Positions 7,151 through 15,494 of a DNA stretch of 27,186 nucleotides are shown piece by piece. Numbering within the stretch: the first letter of the stretch is position 1; every line of letters starts with the position of its first letter. Made by a program: the position numbers and the translations under genes. The DNA is from a virus (taxonomy: Duplodnaviria; Caudoviricetes): the IMG/VR virus record IMGVR_UViG_3300017761_003367, positions 1 to 27,186 of that record. The stretch is one strand, 5' to 3'. Below the pieces are notes generated by a model that had not been told where the DNA came from, did not search any database, and saw only the letters and a list, made by a program, of their open reading frames with translations.

Positions 7151-7453
7151 ATGAAATTACAACTAACAAAAACAACAGAATTAGAATTAAACCGTCTTAA
7201 TAATATATATGGAGATGAAAAGTCACCAGAATATGATTATTGGGATAAAATGTCTGAATTAGAAAGACTAATTACAGACGCGGGAATGTATGTTGAAGGA
7301 GCGTATGAAGAAAATATATTTAATGACTTAAATGAATGGTGTAGGATTGTAGGTCCTATGGAATATCAACAAACATATCTTAACACACATCCTAATGTTG
7401 TTAGAGAGAAAATTGATAGAATGCTAAGAGAAAATATAATTCAAATAGTATGA
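7151..7453 (+). CDS. Hypothetical protein, 100 aa
   Basis: ORF track; ATGA overlap with the next gene. Confidence 0.8.
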   Translation: MKLQLTKTTELELNRLNNIYGDEKSPEYDYWDKMSELERLITDAGMYVEGAYEENIFNDLNEWCRIVGPMEYQQTYLNTHPNVVREKIDRMLRENIIQIV

Positions 7454-7944
7454 AACCACTTAAGAAAATAACAATAGAAGACGCTCATTTTTATAAGCCG
7501 TTAGACATGAATGAGCTATCACCAGATGTAGTTTGTCGTAAAGCCACAGCGTTCACATTAACTCCTGACCCAGCTATGCCGGGTTGGGAGTATGTGAATT
7601 ATTATCAAGACTCACCTTTTGATCAAAGTGGTAATTTAGTTCCTACCGAGTATGTTTATGTTTTAGTAAACAAATCAATGCCAGACATGGTTAAAATAGG
7701 AATGACAGTACGTGAAGTAGAAGAACGAGCAAAAGAAATTTCAGGAGCAACAGGTGTACCTACTCCATGGATACCAGTTTATTCATTTAAATGTTTTAGC
7801 TCTTATAAACTTGAACAAGAAATTCATGAACATTTAGATGCAGTTCGTGTATCAGGTAATCGTGAAATGTTTTATATGCATTCAAAAGATGCCATTAGTA
7901 TTGTCAGTGAATTGGGCGCTAAATATACCATATCACCACTTTAA
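7450..7944 (+). CDS. T5orf172 / MUG113 (GIY-YIG-like) domain protein
   Basis: YVYVLVNKSMPDMVKIGMT...EERAKEIS.ATGVPTP...LEQEIHEHL...RVSGNREMF. Confidence 0.92.
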   Translation: MKPLKKITIEDAHFYKPLDMNELSPDVVCRKATAFTLTPDPAMPGWEYVNYYQDSPFDQSGNLVPTEYVYVLVNKSMPDMVKIGMTVREVEERAKEISGATGVPTPWIPVYSFKCFSSYKLEQEIHEHLDAVRVSGNREMFYMHSKDAISIVSELGAKYTISPL

Positions 7945-8048
7945 ACCACTAAAATTTGATCCTCATATATATTTATATAAACAATATTTACCCCGTTAAA
8001 TCCCGGGTAAAGGCCGTTGGAAATATTTGGTTGATCTCAATAAGTAAG

Positions 8049-8080
8049 TTTGGCCTCCCAGGATTTTTCCCATATTTTTT
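8049..8080 (+). promoter_or_regulatory. Bacteroidota-type housekeeping promoter (-33 TTTG, N20, -7 TAnnTTTt)
   Basis: TTTG gcctcccaggatttttccca TATTTTTT upstream of ATG 8111. Spacing fits the established TTTG-N19-21-TAnnTTTG consensus, with one mismatch. Confidence 0.6.
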
Positions 8081-8110
8081 ATATAACATTAATAAATTAA
8101 TAAGTTACTT

Positions 8111-8428
8111 ATGAGCAAGGATGGAATGAATGGAGAAGTAGGAGTTAGGATAGTGACATTAGGTGATTGTGATTATTGTATATGGTTGAAAGATGAATTA
8201 GACAGTTGTGGAATAACCTATATTAATATTGACGCTAATCAATTCTCTGATTTTGCTGATAGTGTAGAACAAAAATTTAAAACAGATACATACCCAATTG
8301 TTTTCATTGACTTAGGATCTACTATTATTACTATAATTTCAGAAACAAGTTTGGATATAACAGATACATTACGTACATTTGACACGATACCACATTTAGT
8401 AGGTATCATAAAATCATATATAAAATGA
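8111..8428 (+). CDS. Glutaredoxin/thioredoxin-fold protein
   Basis: CDYC active-site motif and cis-Pro motif TYPIVFI. Confidence 0.85.
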   Translation: MSKDGMNGEVGVRIVTLGDCDYCIWLKDELDSCGITYINIDANQFSDFADSVEQKFKTDTYPIVFIDLGSTIITIISETSLDITDTLRTFDTIPHLVGIIKSYIK

Positions 8429-8601
8429 GATACAAACAACCAGTACAACACAAACTAGATCAACTTGAAAATATGCTAATTGGATTTGGGGCTAAATTTA
8501 GTGATCCTAATTTTAACATTAGTGTAGCTAAAGAAATGCTATCAACTATGAAAGATAAAGTTGAAGAACTTAAAACATTAATAAACTCAGAACAAGATTA
8601 A
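8425..8601 (+). CDS. Small helical hypothetical protein, 58 aa (MRYKQPVQHKLDQLENML...LINSEQD)
   Basis: Hand-translated, missed by the track. ATGA overlap with the glutaredoxin stop; fills the gap before 8622. Confidence 0.75.
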   Translation: MRYKQPVQHKLDQLENMLIGFGAKFSDPNFNISVAKEMLSTMKDKVEELKTLINSEQD

Positions 8602-8621
8602 TCCACACCTAAATAAAAGTT

Positions 8622-9389
8622 ATGCTAACACCAGAACAAATTCAAGCTAATTGGACTAAGTTTACTAATACTATCCAGCAATATATCTCAGGAGAACGAG
8701 GTATTAAATTGTTAGATTTTTATAACAAATATGATGAACGTTTTATTATGATGCCCGCGTCTCATAAGTCACAATATCATAATTGCTTTCCAGGTGGTTA
8801 TGTTGACCATGTAAATAGAGTAGTTGAAGCATCTCTTAAGATAGATGCTGTTTGGAGAGAAATGGGAATGATAGATACTTATACAACTGAGGAACTTGTA
8901 TTCTCAGCTATCAATCATGATCTAGGTAAATTTGGAGATGAACAAAACGCGTCATACATTGAACAGACAGACCAATGGAGACGAGATAAGTTAAATGAAA
9001 CTTATATGTTTAATGATCGTTTAGAGTATATGACTGTTCCTGATCGTGGATTATTTTTATTAATAAGTAATGATATTGCACCTACTAAGAATGAAATGAT
9101 CGCTATAAAAACACATGATGGACTATATGATGAATCAAATAAAGCTTATTTAATGGGTTTCACACCTGAAACGAAACCCCGTACTTCACTTATATATGTC
9201 TTACATCAGGCTGATTTGTTAGCAGCTCGTATTGAGTTTGAAGTTGAATGGTTGCCTAAATTATTAGGACCACGTGTTGAAAAAACATATAAAGAAACTA
9301 ATTTTAATAAAAATAATAGTAATGTTAAAGCAAAAGCTATGAAAAAAATGAATAACCCAGCTTTAGCAGAACTAATGAAAAATATATAA
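8622..9389 (+). CDS. HD-domain metal-dependent phosphohydrolase (YhaM-like HD core)
   Basis: PAS..YHNCFPGGYVDHV, INHDLGK, THDG, LHQADLLA. Confidence 0.9.
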   Translation: MLTPEQIQANWTKFTNTIQQYISGERGIKLLDFYNKYDERFIMMPASHKSQYHNCFPGGYVDHVNRVVEASLKIDAVWREMGMIDTYTTEELVFSAINHDLGKFGDEQNASYIEQTDQWRRDKLNETYMFNDRLEYMTVPDRGLFLLISNDIAPTKNEMIAIKTHDGLYDESNKAYLMGFTPETKPRTSLIYVLHQADLLAARIEFEVEWLPKLLGPRVEKTYKETNFNKNNSNVKAKAMKKMNNPALAELMKNI

Positions 9390-9390
9390 T

Positions 9391-9663
9391 ATGATACTAG
9401 GAATTATTTCAATTGTACTATGGATTGCTACTGTTGTAGGATTTATTATTTACAACTTAAATCAAAAAGTAGCTAAATTAGAACAAATTGCTACTAAACA
9501 ACAAATTATTATTGATAGTATAACAGCTATTGTAGATGAATCAAATAAACAACTCGAAGCAGTTGATTTGACTGAGGCTTTTAAGTCTGATGATCAAATA
9601 GGTTTTTTCTTTCGTAATTTGAAAAACATACAAGATTCATTAAACCACTATCTTAAAAATTAA
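9391..9663 (+). CDS. Membrane-anchored coiled-coil protein
   Basis: N-terminal 21-aa hydrophobic helix followed by a heptad-like segment. Confidence 0.8.
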   Translation: MILGIISIVLWIATVVGFIIYNLNQKVAKLEQIATKQQIIIDSITAIVDESNKQLEAVDLTEAFKSDDQIGFFFRNLKNIQDSLNHYLKN

Positions 9664-9664
9664 T

Positions 9665-10423
9665 ATGGCTGAAGAAGAAGTATTACTTACTAAAAAAGGT
9701 ACTGTTCGTAAACGTAAACCAAAAAAAGCGAATATCTACTTTACCCAAGATACTGAAGATGCTATTGTTGAGTATTTAAAGACTAAAGACACTAAAAAAC
9801 GAAATGAAATATTTAATGAAAGGATTAATTATGCGTTCCATAAGTTGGCTGAAAATATCATTCATACTTTTAAGTTTTACTATACAGAAGTGGATACAAT
9901 CCCTGAATTGCAACATGAAGTAGTTGCATTTTTATTAGAAAAATTACATTTATATAAATCAGAAAAAGGAAAGGCATTTAGTTATTTTGGTACAATTGCT
10001 AAGCGTTATTTAATATTATACAATAATGCTAATTATAAGAAACTAAAAGATAGAGCAACAGTTGAAGCAATTGATGAGGATAAAACAATATTAGTTAACT
10101 TAGTTAATCTTAGTGAAAAAAATGAAAATAATGTTTATGAAGTACCTTCATTTTTAAAACAGTTAACTAAATATGTTGATTTCCATTTATTTCATTTATT
10201 TCCAAAACATAAAGATGCTCAGATAGCAGACGCTATATTGGAGTTATTTAGAAAAAGTGAAAATTTAGATATATTTAACAAAAAAGCATTATACATCTAT
10301 ATTAAAGAAATAACAGACGCGTCCACCCCACAAATAACTAAAATTATTAAACGTCTAAAACTAATATATGTTAGAAAATATAACGAATATTATGAACATG
10401 GACATATAACAATGTCAATCTAA
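9665..10423 (+). CDS. Phage RNA polymerase sigma factor, T4 gp55-like (late transcription)
   Basis: AFHKLAENIIHTFKF...LQHEVVAFLLEKLHLYKSEKGKAFSYFGTIAKRYLI resembles sigma region 2 as in gp55 (FDPEKSxNPFAYFTQI). Located directly before the structural operon. Confidence 0.75.
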   Translation: MAEEEVLLTKKGTVRKRKPKKANIYFTQDTEDAIVEYLKTKDTKKRNEIFNERINYAFHKLAENIIHTFKFYYTEVDTIPELQHEVVAFLLEKLHLYKSEKGKAFSYFGTIAKRYLILYNNANYKKLKDRATVEAIDEDKTILVNLVNLSEKNENNVYEVPSFLKQLTKYVDFHLFHLFPKHKDAQIADAILELFRKSENLDIFNKKALYIYIKEITDASTPQITKIIKRLKLIYVRKYNEYYEHGHITMSI

Positions 10424-10438
10424 CTCTTCCCACCTTCC

Positions 10439-10447
10439 ATATTTATA
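10439..10447 (+). promoter_or_regulatory. ATATTTATA putative late promoter
   Basis: In the gap before ATG 10460; the same 9-mer recurs in four other late intergenic gaps. Confidence 0.6.
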
Positions 10448-10459
10448 TTAAACAACAAT

Positions 10460-10807
10460 ATGGATTTTAATCAAGTTTTATTTAAGGACAAAACATTTGC
10501 TAACTTGTTAGAGGATATATACAAAAACTCAACACGTAAGGAAAAAGAAATTAAAGTATTAATTGATCAACTAAAACCTATGATACAGGAGCCAGGTGAT
10601 GCAATGATGCTTGTTCCTTTATTAAAGGAATATATGGAGTTAGCAATTAAAAACGATGATGCTCTAATTAAAATGGCAGGTATTGTTCAACGTGCTATGG
10701 CTAACAATAGTGAGGGTAGTGATGGTGGTATATTAAGTGATAGGGACAAAGAATTATTATTTCAAGAAATAAATGCTGTTGGAACTAAACAAATAGAAAA
10801 TAAATAA
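10460..10807 (+). CDS. Helical protein, possible terminase small subunit
   Basis: The 115-aa ORF is solid. The helical hairpin pattern and size are compatible with gp16-like small terminases, but the product call is tentative. Confidence 0.45.
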   Translation: MDFNQVLFKDKTFANLLEDIYKNSTRKEKEIKVLIDQLKPMIQEPGDAMMLVPLLKEYMELAIKNDDALIKMAGIVQRAMANNSEGSDGGILSDRDKELLFQEINAVGTKQIENK

Positions 10808-11751
10808 TGGGAACAGGTACAACTATAAAAACAGGTGGAGGTTCAGGTAAACGTTCAAATTCATCAGGTACAGCAGGTGGAACATCATATTATAGCAAAA
10901 ATCAAAATTCCTTTTCATATGGACGTGTTCTTAATATTAATAAAGAGGATAAATCTATTGTTTATACTCCTATGGAAGATAGGGTAGGTGATGGTGGAGA
11001 AAAGAAAGGTATAGCATATCCATTTTTTGGTAACAATCAACAAGTACCTAGTGAAGATAACATTGTACCTTTAGTAATTGGTCCAGCTCGTTTTATATCT
11101 ACTGAAGCAGTAAACCAATATGATATAACAACATATTATCTAGATCCAGTTAATTTTCAAGGTACTGTTAATGCTAATACAACAGGAGATGGTGATAATA
11201 CTAAACCAACAGAAAATTCTTATAAAAAAAATGAATTAGGATTTGGAGGACCAAATGTTAAATATAATCAAACCAACTTCAAAGCAGAAAGTGGTCCAGC
11301 CAAAACAGCAGCAGAAACATATCTAGGAAGAATAATGACAGATGAAGAATGGAATCAATTAGTTAGAGCAACATATGCAGAATCATCACCTAATCAAACA
11401 GAAAGAGGATATATAATGGCTGTAATGCTAAATAGAGTTAGATCACGTAAATGGGGTGCTACAGTCACAAGTGTACTTACAGCTAAATCACAATTTCAAG
11501 CAGTAACAGGAACAAGCAAAAACGGTCGCCAACCTAGCAAAAACTACACTACTGGACCTAACTCAGAAAATACAAATAATATTTATGGAGCAGCGACAAA
11601 CATACTTTTACAAGTTCCAAAGGACTTTATATATTTTACAGCTGCTAATAGAAAAGCTTATAAAGCAGGTACAAATGTAGGTTTCTTAGATACACTTCTT
11701 GCAAAAGGAGGAATTACAATAGGTAAAACTGTATTTGGAAAGACTGCTTAA
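10807..11751 (+). CDS. Baseplate hub/gp5-like N-terminal (OB-like) region fused to a SleB/Hydrolase_2 cell-wall hydrolase
   Basis: C-terminus LVRATYAES...IMAVMLNRV...TVTSVLTAKSQFQAV...IYF matches the Hydrolase_2 pattern. N-terminus YGRVLNI...AYP...VPSEDNIV...YYL is OB-like. Confidence 0.75.
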   Translation: MGTGTTIKTGGGSGKRSNSSGTAGGTSYYSKNQNSFSYGRVLNINKEDKSIVYTPMEDRVGDGGEKKGIAYPFFGNNQQVPSEDNIVPLVIGPARFISTEAVNQYDITTYYLDPVNFQGTVNANTTGDGDNTKPTENSYKKNELGFGGPNVKYNQTNFKAESGPAKTAAETYLGRIMTDEEWNQLVRATYAESSPNQTERGYIMAVMLNRVRSRKWGATVTSVLTAKSQFQAVTGTSKNGRQPSKNYTTGPNSENTNNIYGAATNILLQVPKDFIYFTAANRKAYKAGTNVGFLDTLLAKGGITIGKTVFGKTA

Positions 11752-11854
11752 TAAACAAAGTATATGATAAATAATTTTAATATATTATAAAAAGGAAATA
11801 AACAAAATGTCCAAGATGGACAAAAAATATCTTAAATTGTAGGAGTAGCTTAAT

Positions 11855-13036
11855 ATGTCTAATCAAAAACAATATAAAAGACAATCAACATCAGGTGATT
11901 ATCAAATCACAGGAGAGAGTTCTAATGGTGTAAACATATCTAAAGATGGTAACACTTATCTTTTTACAGGTAATAATGAGGAATATTTAAATGCTTTAAG
12001 AGATGGAAAGATACAATCTCCTGATGGGCAGATAGCAACAAATGATCCTAACAATGCTGCTTCATTTATTGGTATGTACAGACAAGGAGGTTCTAGTATT
12101 AATTTAGGAAATCCAAATCAACAATCATTAAATATAAATAATACAACAGACCAAAATAAAGATCAGAATATAATTACACCAGCATCATCAATTGTAGTTT
12201 CTGCTCTACCATCAACAGAACTTAAACCATCTCCAACCCCTACTCCTTCTCCATCATTATCAATAGTAACACCTGAAGAAGGTATTCAAGAATTTTCATT
12301 GGATGATAATTTACCAGATGAAGAAGGATTTAAATTATTTGATATTGTTGAAGTAACTGACATAAGTGTACTTACTATAAAATATGAAGATCCTACTACT
12401 TATGCTATTTATTTTAAAACTAAAATAGCTAATAATGATATAAAATATAAAAAAAATAAAGTTACTACACCACTATCTACACCATCATCATATAAAATGG
12501 ATGGTGAAAGAATAGCAGAGGATCAGTGTGAAGTATATTATGGAGATAAAACACCATATATAGCCCAACTAAATGATTGGGGATGCCTAGTAACTAGTAT
12601 TAGTATGATGGCTCCAGCTTGTGGAGTAAATATAACTCAAGATATGTTTTATGGTAGTAATAACAAAAGAAAACCACCTTATATTGATTCAGGTGATCGT
12701 TTAATTTTAAGTACATTACAAAATAATTTTCCTAGCTTAAAACGAATTACAGATTACGATACAAAATTATCTCGTACTAATATTTTTCAAAAATATAAAG
12801 ATGATATAAGAAGATTTAAAAAACCTATAGTAATAAGAATGCAAGGATGTAGTAAACCATCGGGAGGCCACTATGTTGTAGCTATTGGTATAACTATAGA
12901 TGGAAATATAATTATTCATAATCCCGCAAGAATAGTAATAGCATATAAAGATAATATTATAGGATCAAATGTTTTATTAGGAAATGACAACCCATCAAAA
13001 AATGGTAAAAATTATGACATATTTTATATACAATAA
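11855..13036 (+). CDS. Virion-associated protein with C-terminal C39-like (papain-fold) peptidase
   Basis: YIAQ..WGCLVTSISM (oxyanion Q, catalytic C), GGHYVVAIG (H), IIIHNP (N at the usual D site). A P/S/T linker precedes the domain. Confidence 0.8.
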   Translation: MSNQKQYKRQSTSGDYQITGESSNGVNISKDGNTYLFTGNNEEYLNALRDGKIQSPDGQIATNDPNNAASFIGMYRQGGSSINLGNPNQQSLNINNTTDQNKDQNIITPASSIVVSALPSTELKPSPTPTPSPSLSIVTPEEGIQEFSLDDNLPDEEGFKLFDIVEVTDISVLTIKYEDPTTYAIYFKTKIANNDIKYKKNKVTTPLSTPSSYKMDGERIAEDQCEVYYGDKTPYIAQLNDWGCLVTSISMMAPACGVNITQDMFYGSNNKRKPPYIDSGDRLILSTLQNNFPSLKRITDYDTKLSRTNIFQKYKDDIRRFKKPIVIRMQGCSKPSGGHYVVAIGITIDGNIIIHNPARIVIAYKDNIIGSNVLLGNDNPSKNGKNYDIFYIQ

Positions 13037-13038
13037 AA

Positions 13039-13482
13039 ATGAGTATACAAGCATATAAAGGAGAACAAATACAATTATCATCAGGACGTTTAGTATTTAA
13101 CGCTCGTTCTGATAGTACTTTTATTTCATCCCGTCAATATATTAATTTATCAGCAGGTGATAAAGTAACTATAGATGTTGGAAATGAAGATAGTGATAAT
13201 GAACAAAATATGTTTTTAGTAAATGCTCCTAGAATGCAATTTGGTTTAGACAGAAATGGTGTTCCTGAACCTGTAGTTAAAGGAGAACAATTAGATCAAG
13301 TATTAACTCAATTAATGGAAGCTATATCTATTTATAGTGATATGGTTCAAGCAGCAGCTATTGTTCCTGGTCCTGTTATGGCGGTTTTATTAACACCAGC
13401 CACATCAATGTTAAAAGGTAGATTACAACAAGTTAAGATAAACTTGAAAAATTTTAAATCAGAAAAATCCTTTACAATATAA
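13039..13482 (+). CDS. Baseplate spike (gp5 C-terminal-like beta-strand repeats)
   Basis: QIQLSSGRLVFNARSDSTFISSRQYINLSAGDKVTID...NAPRMQFG...EPVVKGEQL resembles spike beta-helix strands and C-terminal helix; baseplate context. Confidence 0.6.
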   Translation: MSIQAYKGEQIQLSSGRLVFNARSDSTFISSRQYINLSAGDKVTIDVGNEDSDNEQNMFLVNAPRMQFGLDRNGVPEPVVKGEQLDQVLTQLMEAISIYSDMVQAAAIVPGPVMAVLLTPATSMLKGRLQQVKINLKNFKSEKSFTI

Positions 13483-14579
13483 TGTCTAATCAAATACCTA
13501 GCAACTTAAATTTATCATCTTTTGGGTCACTTACTAGTAATATACCTAATACCTCATTAGTTAATCCTACTGGGAGTATTACTAACATTACTGGGGAAAT
13601 TAAAGATAAACTTGCTAATACAAAAGATCAAATTAATAAAATTAAAGGATCATTTGACACAAAAAATCCTTTAAAAAATATTAGTAATCCAAATGATTTC
13701 CTATTAAACCAAGATGGTTTAAATTCATCACAATCTATATCTAAATTAACAGGTTTAGTTTCACCTTTATTAAGTAAATTTATTAATACTGAAAAATCAG
13801 TGAACGCTGTTATTAATAGATTAATAAATGATACTAAAAAACGATTAAAAGATAAAGGACGTGTGGAAATAGTGAATGGATCTATTATATTCATACCTAA
13901 AGATAATGCTAACTATCAAATATATATAACTAATTTTAATCGTAAAGTTAAAACATTAAAAACAATAGTTAAAACATTAAAAACTATTATTGATACTTTA
14001 ATTACACTTTTAAAAATACTTAGAATTGCTTTAACAGCATTACAAATCCAATTATCTCTTAAAAAGAAAAAATTAAATGTACAAGCTGTTTCTGCTGCTG
14101 TTGATTTAAGTTTACCAATAAAACCAAAACAAAAAGCAGCTAAATATACAATAGATAAAGAATTATCTGATAGTGTATTAAAACCACTAGAAGATAAAAT
14201 TCAACAATATCTTTTAATGATTAAATATATTAACACTATATTACAAATCTTTAAGAAATTAATTAATAATCTTAAAATAAAACTAGATACATTAAATTTA
14301 ACTATAAGTAATTTACCAACACCAGATGCTAGCTTATTACAAACATTAAATGAAACATCAGCTGATGAATCAACAACTGAATCAACAACTGAATCAATAG
14401 ATGAAGATTATGATTTTGGTATTAAACAATATACTATTAAAATAATATCAACTCCATCAGGAGCTATACAAGCTGTTGCTTATGATAAATTTAGTATGAT
14501 GAAAATAGCACAAACAGCCCCAAGTAAAATTAGAACAGCTGATCAATTACTTGATGAAATTAGACAAATACTAGGATAA
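13482..14579 (+). CDS. Coiled-coil-rich structural-region hypothetical protein
   Basis: Long heptad-patterned helices (VKTLKTIVKTLKTIIDTLITLLKILRIALTAL); TAATG coupling. Confidence 0.8.
   Translation: MSNQIPSNLNLSSFGSLTSNIPNTSLVNPTGSITNITGEIKDKLANTKDQINKIKGSFDTKNPLKNISNPNDFLLNQDGLNSSQSISKLTGLVSPLLSKFINTEKSVNAVINRLINDTKKRLKDKGRVEIVNGSIIFIPKDNANYQIYITNFNRKVKTLKTIVKTLKTIIDTLITLLKILRIALTALQIQLSLKKKKLNVQAVSAAVDLSLPIKPKQKAAKYTIDKELSDSVLKPLEDKIQQYLLMIKYINTILQIFKKLINNLKIKLDTLNLTISNLPTPDASLLQTLNETSADESTTESTTESIDEDYDFGIKQYTIKIISTPSGAIQAVAYDKFSMMKIAQTAPSKIRTADQLLDEIRQILG
13947..13988 (+). repeat. 21-bp tandem duplication encoding VKTLKTI x2
   Basis: gttaaaacattaaaaacaata / gttaaaacattaaaaactatt. Confidence 0.8.
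14366..14397 (+). repeat. 12-bp tandem repeat (ESTT-ESTT-ES)
   Basis: tgaatcaacaac x2 plus tgaatcaa. Confidence 0.85.
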
Positions 14580-14583
14580 TAAA

Positions 14584-14592
14584 ATATTTATA
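14584..14592 (+). promoter_or_regulatory. ATATTTATA putative late promoter
   Basis: Fills most of the 16-nt gap; 3 nt before ATG 14596. Confidence 0.55.
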
Positions 14593-14595
14593 AAC

Positions 14596-15072
14596 ATGAA
14601 AGCAGATACATTTGTAAAATTATTACGTAAAGTTGTGCGTGAAGAAGTACAACAAGTTGTGCGTGAAGAATTAGGTCTTATATTAGAAACACCTAAATCT
14701 GAAAAAACTATAGCAGAAACAATAAAACCTGCTGTAAAAAATTCTATGGTTGAGTCAATAAAAACTATTAAACCTGCTCAACCATCAAAACCAATGTCTT
14801 TTACTAATAACAACGTTTTAAATGACATTTTAAATGAAACAGCAAACGGGGGTGAATGGCGTTCAATAGCTGATGCAACGTCTCAAATGGCGCCTAACTT
14901 TGGTCCTATGAACGGAGCATATGGTGATATAAATGAAACAACTGTTGTTAGTAGTGTAGATCAAATGTTAGCAAATACAAGACCAGCAGGAGATATTAAT
15001 TCTGTTAAAATAGATACAGTACCTGACTTTACTGGTTTAATGAGTAAAATGAAAGAACAAGGACAAATATAA
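14596..15072 (+). CDS. Hypothetical late protein with N-terminal duplicated VVREE motif
   Basis: LLRKVVREEVQQVVREEL, encoded by a perfect 17-bp direct repeat aagttgtgcgtgaagaa (14630-14646, 14654-14670). Confidence 0.8.
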   Translation: MKADTFVKLLRKVVREEVQQVVREELGLILETPKSEKTIAETIKPAVKNSMVESIKTIKPAQPSKPMSFTNNNVLNDILNETANGGEWRSIADATSQMAPNFGPMNGAYGDINETTVVSSVDQMLANTRPAGDINSVKIDTVPDFTGLMSKMKEQGQI

Positions 15073-15494
15073 TGTTAAAAAGACAAACATATAGACTTAA
15101 TCCACAAGATGTAGGACAACCTAGAGGTATTGGTATTAATATTCTATTCAATAATGGTAATAATATATTTAATACCACCACCACTACTAAAGAACAAGTT
15201 AAATCTAACTTAATTAATTATATACTAACAAATAAGGGTGAACGTATGTTTGATCCTACATTTGGTGGAGATTTAAGAGCATCATTATTTGATCCAGATT
15301 CATCTTTTGATAATATAACAGCTAGATTAGAAACAGAAATTTACGCTTATGTTCCTAACATAATAATTAAAAACATAATAATTAATAAATTATCAGATCA
15401 AAATCTTATTAATTTAATATTAGATTATTCTATTAATAATCAGAATGATAATTTAGTTATTAATGTTTCAACTAAAGATTTAATCAACCAATAA
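15072..15494 (+). CDS. Baseplate wedge subunit, T4 gp25-like (GPW_gp25)
   Basis: EQVKSNLINYILTNKGERMFDPTFGGDLRASLFD...IYAYVPNI. Confidence 0.93.
   Translation: MLKRQTYRLNPQDVGQPRGIGINILFNNGNNIFNTTTTTKEQVKSNLINYILTNKGERMFDPTFGGDLRASLFDPDSSFDNITARLETEIYAYVPNIIIKNIIINKLSDQNLINLILDYSINNQNDNLVINVSTKDLINQ

Noticed and set aside
7450-7944. T5orf172 gene as an intron-encoded homing endonuclease
   Set aside because: Free-standing, ATGA-coupled to the upstream gene, and does not interrupt any recognisable gene.
1338-8451. Minus-strand ORFs 1338-1535, 2282-2515, 3720-3902, 4395-4712, 8239-8451 and nested + ORF 5555-5803
   Set aside because: They overlap well-supported + strand genes, have shadow-ORF composition and show no motifs.
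11752-11854. 103-nt gap as a possible intron, frameshift or recoded stop joining the two enzyme-bearing ORFs
   Set aside because: Multiple TAA stops, no evident slippery site or structure, and both flanking ORFs look complete; only 8- and 11-codon ORFs lie inside.
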